A stretch of DNA of 64,000 nucleotides from a bacterium (GTDB lineage: Bacteria > Patescibacteriota > Patescibacteriia > 2-01-FULL-39-33). The DNA lies in the NCBI GenBank assembly GCA_037130015.1, contig JBAXTU010000002.1, forward strand, positions 1,909-65,908, in the 5' to 3' direction. Positions 57,059 to 64,000 of this stretch are shown here, one piece after another. Position 1 is the first letter of the stretch, and each line of letters begins with the position of its first letter. The position numbers were made by a program, and so were the translations under genes. Under the pieces are notes generated by a model. The model was not told the origin of the DNA, made no database searches, and worked only from the letters and a program-made list of their open reading frames with translations.

Positions 57059-57146
57059 TTTTCAAAACAAAAATAGAGGCTGGAAATTTTCCTCTATTAA
57101 AATGGTGAGATGGTTTAAAAACAATCTCATTTTCAAACAACGAAAA

Positions 57147-57587
57147 TTATTCGGACACAACAACGATAATTTCCGCTTCCAAACCATGATCCAAACTAAT
57201 AGTCACCTTAAATTCACCTGGCTCTTTAATTGGCTCTGGAAGAATTATATTATTTTTTTGCAATTCAAAACCCTTGTCTTTTAATTTTTTTAAAATAGCA
57301 GATGATGTGACAGAAGCATACAAACGGCCAGCCTCATTGACCTTGGCCATAATTTCCACGGCCGTGCCATTTAATTTTTCAGCTATCTTTTCAGTCAATA
57401 ACAAGCTAACTTCAGCCTTACGAGCCAATTGCTCTTTTTCTTTTTTTTGATTGGCTATATTTTCAGGCGTCGCCAAAATTGCCAATTTTTTGGCTAGTAG
57501 AAAATTGCGGGCGTAGCCGTCATTTACCTCCTTGACGTCTCCAGCCTGCCCTAATGTGTTTACATTTTTCAGGAGGATGACTTTCAT
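57147..57587 (-). CDS. rplI: 50S ribosomal protein L9
   Basis: MKVILLKNVNTLGQAGDVKEVNDGYARNFLL typical L9. Confidence 0.9.
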   Translation of the reverse strand: MKVILLKNVNTLGQAGDVKEVNDGYARNFLLAKKLAILATPENIANQKKEKEQLARKAEVSLLLTEKIAEKLNGTAVEIMAKVNEAGRLYASVTSSAILKKLKDKGFELQKNNIILPEPIKEPGEFKVTISLDHGLEAEIIVVVSE

Positions 57588-57658
57588 AAAATCATTTATC
57601 TTTTATTTATTATACCATTCTTGTTTGAGACTTTTCAAATTGACTTGTCAAGTGCCAT

Positions 57659-57686
57659 TCAAAAACCCTCCCGATTTAATGGGAGG
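57659..57686 (-). terminator. intrinsic terminator downstream of ctpA
   Basis: ccctccc-loop-gggaggg hairpin with T-run on minus strand. Confidence 0.5.
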
Positions 57687-57695
57687 GCTTTAATT

Positions 57696-59027
57696 TTATT
57701 GATTAATCAATTCCTTGGCCTTGTCCAATTGTGGATCTTTGTCTTTATTATAATCTTCTTCTTTCATTTCTACTTTAACATCCGGCATAATGCCTTGTTG
57801 ATCAATTGTTGAACCATTTGGAGTGAACCATTTGGCCACAGTCAGCTTGACTGATGAGCCGTCGCTCAAATTGTCCAATTCCTGCACCGAACCTTTGCCA
57901 AATGTCTTGGCGCCGACCAGTGTGGCTTTGCCCCAATCTTTCAAGGCACCAGCTACAATTTCCGAAGCCGAAGCACTGCCTTCATTGACCAAAACTATGG
58001 TTTTATAATTGGATAATCTGGCAGGCTTATTTGATACATGTTTAGTTTCTTCACCATTTCTCAATTTTTCCGACACCACCGTATCCCCGCTTTTCCATTC
58101 GCCAGCCACATCAATGGCTGATTGCAAATAACCGCCCGGGTCATTGCGCAAATCAAGAATAATTCCTTTTAAACTATTTTGTTTTTGAATATCAACAATC
58201 GCCTGATCAAATAATGGCACAGTGTCATCATTGAACTGACGCATTTTTATAATGGCAACATTATCGGCAATTTCCCAAGTGACACTTTGTACTTTAATAG
58301 TACCACGAGTAATGGTTATTTCTTTGGTTTCTCTGGTGCTTTCGCGATAAATTTTTAAAATGACCTTGGTGTCTTTGGGACCACGGATAAGACTTACGGC
58401 TTTGTCGGTAGTCATACCTTCAGTACTAGTTCCATTAATAGCCAAAATAATATCTTTGGCTTTAAGTCCAGCTTTAATAGCAGGCATATCAGGTAAAGGT
58501 GACACCACAGTTATCAAATTGCTTCTTAATCCTATTTCAGCGCCAATACCTTCAAAATTTCCACTTAATTCATCTTGAAAATCATTAGTGCCTTGAGGTG
58601 TCATAAAAACCGAATAAGGATCATTAAGCGAAGCTACCACGCCTTGAAGCGCGCCATAAAACAATTGAGTCTCGGGAATTTTCTTATCATAATATTTGTC
58701 TTTGACCAAATTCCAGACATCCCAAAAAAGATTGAAATCAACATTTTTTTTCAAATAGTCAGGAATCTGCCCGTCAACACTCACAATTGATCCAGTACTA
58801 GAAGCGGAAGTGCTACTACTAACATTATCACTAGCTAAATCAGCTTTAACAATACCTTTGATGGTTTTGGGACCAGCCATAGACTGAACTACTTGCCCAC
58901 CGCCAGCAAGTACTCCCCCCGCAAAAGCCAAAAAAACGAAAACAACGACCAGCCACAAGGAAACAGACTTGGCAAACCAAGGTTTTTTAATTTTTGGCGT
59001 ACCCGGCCAATTGAAATTTTCAGACAT
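57696..59027 (-). CDS. ctpA: carboxyl-terminal processing protease (S41 family, PDZ domain)
   Basis: 443 aa; N-terminal TM; PDZ region; S41 motif LVNEGSASASEIVAGALKD. Confidence 0.9.
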   Translation of the reverse strand: MSENFNWPGTPKIKKPWFAKSVSLWLVVVFVFLAFAGGVLAGGGQVVQSMAGPKTIKGIVKADLASDNVSSSTSASSTGSIVSVDGQIPDYLKKNVDFNLFWDVWNLVKDKYYDKKIPETQLFYGALQGVVASLNDPYSVFMTPQGTNDFQDELSGNFEGIGAEIGLRSNLITVVSPLPDMPAIKAGLKAKDIILAINGTSTEGMTTDKAVSLIRGPKDTKVILKIYRESTRETKEITITRGTIKVQSVTWEIADNVAIIKMRQFNDDTVPLFDQAIVDIQKQNSLKGIILDLRNDPGGYLQSAIDVAGEWKSGDTVVSEKLRNGEETKHVSNKPARLSNYKTIVLVNEGSASASEIVAGALKDWGKATLVGAKTFGKGSVQELDNLSDGSSVKLTVAKWFTPNGSTIDQQGIMPDVKVEMKEEDYNKDKDPQLDKAKELINQ

Positions 59028-59161
59028 AAAAAATAAGGTTATTTTTAACTTCTATATTATAGCAGAGGCGAGACGGAAAGCAAAATATTGACAAAATAAC
59101 TACCATAGCCAAAAACCGCTTTATCTGCTATAATAATCAATATTATAAATATCCAATAATT

Positions 59162-60415
59162 ATGGAAAAATATATCATAAATGGAGGTCAAAAACTCAAC
59201 GGGGAAATCTCAGTGGCCGGAGCCAAAAATGAAGCTCTAAAAATCATTCCAGCTACTATTCTTTGCCAGGGTGTTTGTGAAATTAAAAACGTGCCAGAAA
59301 TTGAAGATATCTCTAGACTATTAGAAATCATGGAAAATTTGGGCGCCAAAATAGAGAAAAATGGTTCCACTCTAAAAATTGACACCAGCAGTATCAAAAC
59401 CGGCAACCCAAGTCCCGACTTGGTTCGCAAACTGCGTTCATCGGTTATGATTGCTGGGCCACTCCTGGCCCGATTCGGCGAAGTGACTATGTCACATCCA
59501 GGCGGTTGTATTATCGGCAAACGTCCCATTGATATGTTTTTGTCAGGCTTTAAAAGTTTAGGTGCTACCATCATTGAAAATGAAAATTTTTTTATTCTTA
59601 AAGCTAAAAAACTAAAAGGCGCCAAGATCGTTTTGCCTTGGGTGTCCGTCACGGTCACCGAAGCTTTAATGATGACTGCTTGCTTGGCGCAGGGTGAAAC
59701 CAAAATTATTAATACAGCCATGGAACCGGAAATTCCAGCCTTGGCTGATTTTTTAAATTCTTGCGGTGCCAAAATCACAGGTGCTGGCACACCAATCATT
59801 ACTATCAGTGGCGTGGAAAAATTATCAGGCGGACAGTGTGAAATTATTCCTGATCGCATTGAAGCTGGTTCGTTTGCCATCATGGGACTCATTACTGGCA
59901 GTGAAATAAAAATTACCAATTGCCGACCAGAACATCTAGAAACAGTTTTATTAATGCTCCAAAAAACCGGAGCCAATTTGGAAATTGGACCTGATTATAT
60001 TATTACCAAACCTAGCAAATTTATAGGATTGGAATTGCGCACCCATGAATATCCAGGCTTCCCCACTGATCTGCAAGCGCCTTTTTCCGTGCTTCTCACT
60101 CAAGCCGATGGTCAATCATTAATTCACGAAACAATCTATGATGGCCGACTTTTTTATACGGACAAGCTGGTGCAAATGGGCGCCAATATTATTATGTGTG
60201 ATCCTCATCGTGTCATTATCAGCGGACCAACCCAGCTTTTCGGCCGAACACTGGAAAGCCCAGATCTTCGCGCTGGCATGACACTGCTAATGGCCGGACT
60301 TATCGCTAATGGAAAAACATCAATTGGCAATGTTTATCAAATTGAACGCGGTTATGAAAATATTGTCAAGAGATTGCAAAACCTAGGAGCAAAAATAGAA
60401 AAAATTGACGAATAA
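59162..60415 (+). CDS. murA: UDP-N-acetylglucosamine 1-carboxyvinyltransferase MurA
   Basis: 417 aa; MEKYIINGGQKLNGEISVAGAKNEALKIIPA typical MurA. Confidence 0.95.
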   Translation: MEKYIINGGQKLNGEISVAGAKNEALKIIPATILCQGVCEIKNVPEIEDISRLLEIMENLGAKIEKNGSTLKIDTSSIKTGNPSPDLVRKLRSSVMIAGPLLARFGEVTMSHPGGCIIGKRPIDMFLSGFKSLGATIIENENFFILKAKKLKGAKIVLPWVSVTVTEALMMTACLAQGETKIINTAMEPEIPALADFLNSCGAKITGAGTPIITISGVEKLSGGQCEIIPDRIEAGSFAIMGLITGSEIKITNCRPEHLETVLLMLQKTGANLEIGPDYIITKPSKFIGLELRTHEYPGFPTDLQAPFSVLLTQADGQSLIHETIYDGRLFYTDKLVQMGANIIMCDPHRVIISGPTQLFGRTLESPDLRAGMTLLMAGLIANGKTSIGNVYQIERGYENIVKRLQNLGAKIEKIDE

Positions 60416-60424
60416 ACAAATCTA

Positions 60425-61561
60425 ATGACTTTTCTTGGGGATATAAAAAACAGGATTTTAGGATTGGATATTTTACGTGCCGTTGCTATTTTATTAGTAA
60501 TCTATGGCCATGGAGCTCTATTTGTACCTCAAAAATTCATACCATACTACAAACTTCCCTTTCCAGCCATAGATGGTGTTTCTATATTTTTTGTTTTAAG
60601 TGGCTACTTGATCGGTAAAATTCTATTTAAAATAATCCAAAATTCAGAACTCAAACCTAAAGATTTACTTAATTTTTGGATCAGAAGATGGTTTAGAACT
60701 TTACCAAATTATTTTTTAATTCTTGGAATACTACTAGCCATCCCCTTATTAAAATCAGGTATTATTGCTCATGACTTTAATTGGAAATATTTATTATTTC
60801 TACAAAATTTTTCCGGACCACATCCTAACTTCTTTCCAGAGGCTTGGAGTTTATGTATTGAAGAATGGTTTTATTTACTTTTTCCCATCGCCTGTTTTAT
60901 TAATTTTAAATTATTCAAAAATAAGAAAAAAGCAGTGCTATTTTCTGCTTTATTCTTTTTAATTGTACCATTAGCTCTACGTTTATTTTGCTATTTCTTT
61001 AATATCGGCACTGATTTTTGGGATGCTAATTTTAGAAAGGTGACAATATTCAGACTTGATAGCTTAATGTATGGAATAATAGGAGCATATCTGGCCAATT
61101 TTAAAAATAACTATTGGATTAAATATAAAAATATCTGCTTAGTACTAGGACTTGCTATATTAGTAGGTACATCCATCTATACAAAAATTCATGGCGGTGG
61201 CCTAGCCTATTCAGTTGTTTGGCGCTATAACATAAAATCGATGGCTTCATTATTACTTTTACCTTTTTTTTCAGAAATAAAAACCATCAGATTCAAAAAA
61301 ATCGCTTTGGTCTTCACTTTTATCAGCCTTATTTCCTATTCCATGTATTTAATTAATCTTACAATAGTACAAGGAATTTTAATTCCCAAAACTATTTGGT
61401 TATTAGGATTAAAAGAAAATGGCCAAGTTTCCTTATTGGCCTTAAAATATCTGCTACTTTGGTTTTATACAATTTCCGTCTCTTATTTAATCTATCGTTT
61501 CTATGAAAAACCAATCACCGATCTAAGAGACAAAATTAAATTTAATAATAATAAAAATTAA
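60425..61561 (+). CDS. acyltransferase family 3 (OafA-like) membrane protein
   Basis: 378 aa; LDILRAVAILLVIYGHG motif; polytopic. Confidence 0.8.
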   Translation: MTFLGDIKNRILGLDILRAVAILLVIYGHGALFVPQKFIPYYKLPFPAIDGVSIFFVLSGYLIGKILFKIIQNSELKPKDLLNFWIRRWFRTLPNYFLILGILLAIPLLKSGIIAHDFNWKYLLFLQNFSGPHPNFFPEAWSLCIEEWFYLLFPIACFINFKLFKNKKKAVLFSALFFLIVPLALRLFCYFFNIGTDFWDANFRKVTIFRLDSLMYGIIGAYLANFKNNYWIKYKNICLVLGLAILVGTSIYTKIHGGGLAYSVVWRYNIKSMASLLLLPFFSEIKTIRFKKIALVFTFISLISYSMYLINLTIVQGILIPKTIWLLGLKENGQVSLLALKYLLLWFYTISVSYLIYRFYEKPITDLRDKIKFNNNKN

Positions 61562-61564
61562 AAT

Positions 61565-62905
61565 ATGAACCTACTTTACCGCCGAATAATTTATATCTCT
61601 TTCATCATCATTTTTTTAACATTGGCACCCATTATCGTGCTATACACCAGTGGCTATCGTTATAATTTCAAACGATTTAAAATCCAAAAAGTAGGCATGA
61701 TGATTATTAGCTCCGTTCCTAAGGGCGCAGATATTTATCTAAACGATATTTTACAAAAACAAAAAACCACATCTATTACCAGACTAGAAAATTTATTACC
61801 AGGTGATTATGATATTAAATTAAGTAAAGAAGGCTATTTTAATTGGGAAAAAAGATTGCCCGTTTATGAAAATGCCACGGCCTTTGCTGAAAAAGTTATT
61901 TTATGGAAAAAAAGTTCCTCCACGCCAATCGCCACAACTTCACTAAGCCAATGGCTCCCCACTGTTGACGGACAAAAAATCGCTTTCATTGACAGCACTG
62001 GTATTCCCACTATAACCAATTTAGATAACGAAAAAATAATTATTCCAGCTCTAAATCAAAGTCGCAATTTCAATCTTCTTGGCTGGTCAGTTGATAATAA
62101 AAATTTATTACTGCAATCAGATGATCAATTTATGATTTGGGATACTAGCCGTGACAAAAATATTTTTAAAACATTGCCTGGCAAAAATTATACACTGATC
62201 AAATGGGATTTAACTGATGAAAATAAACTCTACGGCATCAACGCTAGTGGACTATGGCAAATCACACTACCAAATTTTGATAGCAAATTAATCAGTGCCG
62301 AAAAAATTACTGACTCTTTAATTATAGATAATGACTTATATACAATTAACTCTGAGGGCAAAATTTTTCATTCTTATTTAAACGGCGACGCATCAATTAA
62401 GGAAATAAACCAAATCAGATGCAATGATTGTAAATTTATTAATAAAAAATCCGCCCGCCTAATTCTCTTAGGCAAAGATAGTCAAAATATTTTTATCATA
62501 GATCCGACAAATGGCAATGCCAATATTCAAAACCAAGCCAAGGGCGTAGCCTGGCTGGATAATAGTTGGCTGGGTCTAACCATCGGCGATCCCAACACAA
62601 TTTTATTTTTCAATGACTTTGAAATTTGGATTTATTCTTTTAATAAAGCCACTCCAGAGCTTGTCACTCGCTTAGGCCAACCTATTATTGGGGCTATATG
62701 GCACAACCAAGGCAGGCATATAATTTTTTCCTCTGACAATAAATTACAAATTATAGAATTGGATAATCGTGAACTGCGAAATATTGTCCAACTAACCGAA
62801 GCAAAAACTATCGGTAATATCAATCTGAGCCACGATAGTAAAACTCTTTATTATTATGGCCAATTAGACAATCAATCTAGAATCTATAAACTCCCTATAC
62901 AATAA
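61565..62905 (+). CDS. PEGA-domain protein with N-terminal TM and beta-propeller-like C-domain
   Basis: 446 aa; PKGADIYLNDILQKQKT...LLPGDYDIKLSKEGYFNWEKRL PEGA-like. Confidence 0.6.
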   Translation: MNLLYRRIIYISFIIIFLTLAPIIVLYTSGYRYNFKRFKIQKVGMMIISSVPKGADIYLNDILQKQKTTSITRLENLLPGDYDIKLSKEGYFNWEKRLPVYENATAFAEKVILWKKSSSTPIATTSLSQWLPTVDGQKIAFIDSTGIPTITNLDNEKIIIPALNQSRNFNLLGWSVDNKNLLLQSDDQFMIWDTSRDKNIFKTLPGKNYTLIKWDLTDENKLYGINASGLWQITLPNFDSKLISAEKITDSLIIDNDLYTINSEGKIFHSYLNGDASIKEINQIRCNDCKFINKKSARLILLGKDSQNIFIIDPTNGNANIQNQAKGVAWLDNSWLGLTIGDPNTILFFNDFEIWIYSFNKATPELVTRLGQPIIGAIWHNQGRHIIFSSDNKLQIIELDNRELRNIVQLTEAKTIGNINLSHDSKTLYYYGQLDNQSRIYKLPIQ

Positions 62906-62913
62906 ATTTTCAG

Positions 62914-63028
62914 TTGTCATTGCGAGCGAAGCCATCCGCCAGCTGGCGGAGAAGCGCGGCAATCCCGTAGAAACAGAAATAACTCGGGATCCCCACGGTC
63001 GGCCTTGAGGCCTCCCTCGGGATGACAA
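62914..63028. repeat. GC-rich structured intergenic element bounded by 7-bp inverted repeat TTGTCAT/ATGACAA, with internal palindromes CCGCCAGCTGGCGG and GGCCTTGAGGCC
   Basis: read directly; sits between convergent gene ends in an AT-rich genome. Confidence 0.45.
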
Positions 63029-63040
63029 TATAAAAGAATT

Positions 63041-63448
63041 TTATAAACTTTTTCTAATTTTTTGAGCCGTTTCTTCCATCTCTCCCATTTCATATTTTTG
63101 ACCGTACCACAATTGCCGTCCATCATTGGCCAAACGAGGCATGATATGAAAATGACAGTGGTCAACAATTTGTCCGGCCACTCCGCCATTATTAAGACCC
63201 AAATTAAAACCAGTGACATTCAATCCCTTCATTACGGCTGGGGCCATTTTTTTAATAGTCAAAATTAATTTGATGACCAAATCATCAGGCAGTTCCAAAA
63301 AGTCTGCATAATGTTTTTTTGGTACTACCAAAGTATGACCAGGATTAACCGGTGCAATATCTAAAAAAACTATAACATCTTCGTCTTCATAGACCTTAGC
63401 AGAAGGCAGTTCACCAGCGATGATTTTGCAAAAAATGCAATCAGGCAT
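63041..63448 (-). CDS. HIT-family (histidine triad) nucleotide hydrolase
   Basis: 135 aa; HCHFHIMPR triad motif; CIFCKI N-terminus. Confidence 0.9.
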   Translation of the reverse strand: MPDCIFCKIIAGELPSAKVYEDEDVIVFLDIAPVNPGHTLVVPKKHYADFLELPDDLVIKLILTIKKMAPAVMKGLNVTGFNLGLNNGGVAGQIVDHCHFHIMPRLANDGRQLWYGQKYEMGEMEETAQKIRKSL

Positions 63449-63470
63449 AAATTTAAATTATGAATTAAAA

Positions 63471-64000
63471 TTATTTATTAAGCTTATATAAATTTTCCGT
63501 CTTATTCAACTGCTTAACTAATTGAGCTTTTAACACAGAATTACTTTCAATATAACTAATTTCTTTCTGTCCGTCAATGCCATAAAAATATAAAGGGACT
63601 ATTTCACCGATAATTTCAATTTCTTTTAAGTATCTTGGATCCTGCCAATAAGTTATAACTTTTCTATCCGGGAAAAAAACCTTGTCATTATAAGAGGTAA
63701 TAATCACGGAATCCACTGGTGTCACAGCTTTGACTTCATTATTTATCTGATAATAATTTTTAACTTGCTTTTGCAAATTTACTAAACTCTCCTCCCCTTG
63801 TCGCCACACACTATTAGCCGATAGACAAACAAATATTAGGGCAGTCAAAATCGCCACTATTATTTTTAAATATTTATTTTTTATACTTTTGATTATGAAG
63901 TCAAAACCATAAACTGCCAGTGGTAAAGATAAAATATACAACGGCAAAAAATATCTCACCTGTGACGAACCAATTAAAGGCTTGGCCAATAAATTATTAG
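63471..64000 (-). CDS. hypothetical membrane protein, N-terminus probably beyond window edge
   Basis: ORF open to the window end; two TM segments then soluble domain. Confidence 0.45.
   Translation of the reverse strand, partial: NNLLAKPLIGSSQVRYFLPLYILSLPLAVYGFDFIIKSIKNKYLKIIVAILTALIFVCLSANSVWRQGEESLVNLQKQVKNYYQINNEVKAVTPVDSVIITSYNDKVFFPDRKVITYWQDPRYLKEIEIIGEIVPLYFYGIDGQKEISYIESNSVLKAQLVKQLNKTENLYKLNK

Noticed and set aside
62917-63219. 100-aa minus-strand ORF
   Set aside because: Its 5' part is the GC-rich palindromic intergenic element and its 3' part is antisense to the HIT gene end. Composition is driven by the repeat, not by coding.

Overview
The window is a low-GC, gene-dense bacterial fragment using the standard genetic code (TGA is used as a stop, for example at the small peptide ending at 10498). 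Gene content and arrangement fit a small-genome, CPR/Patescibacteria-like organism; this is an inference from content and was not verified.

Ordinary housekeeping content fills most of the window:
- Two separated halves of the dcw cell-wall cluster, both on the minus strand: mraZ-rsmH-ftsL-ftsI-murF at 1..4735 and mraY-murD-ftsW-murG-murC-(zinc ribbon)-murB at 24633..32260.
- Ribosomal proteins L7/L12, L10, L27 and L9, plus secA, hpf, mutM, mltG, uppP, pyrG, ctpA and murA.
- An iscR-nifU-iscS operon.
- A surface-polysaccharide cluster: Wzz-like protein, O-antigen-ligase-like protein, two GT1 glycosyltransferases and a secreted FG-GAP protein.
- A complete type IV pilus operon: pilB, pilC, four prepilin-like genes, pilM, pilN, pilO.

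The standout is a complete diversity-generating retroelement (DGR) at about 20.6..24.7 kb.
- It carries a DGR-type reverse transcriptase with the IGNLTSQ and YGDDF motifs, an Avd accessory gene, a 116-bp template repeat (TR), and a target gene whose C-terminal variable region (VR) differs from TR at 19 positions, all of them template adenines.
- The RT reading frame is broken by a +1 frameshift inside a (CT)7 dinucleotide tract.
- The avd gene is inverted relative to TR and RT and overlaps the RT start.
- The whole target gene lies in a perfect 1298-bp tandem duplication, so the two VR copies are identical.
- An uncharacterised 888-aa protein sits 1 bp downstream of the RT.

A second accessory locus (38.5..42.6 kb) encodes two GC-rich lipoproteins built from eukaryote-like Ig I-set domains joined by long (Glu-Gly)n linkers.

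Many sigma70-like promoters and intrinsic terminators can be read directly from the sequence, as can an MraZ GTGGG operator pair, a small hydrophobic peptide with a strong Shine-Dalgarno upstream of rplJ, a recurring 19-nt motif and a GC-rich palindromic element family.
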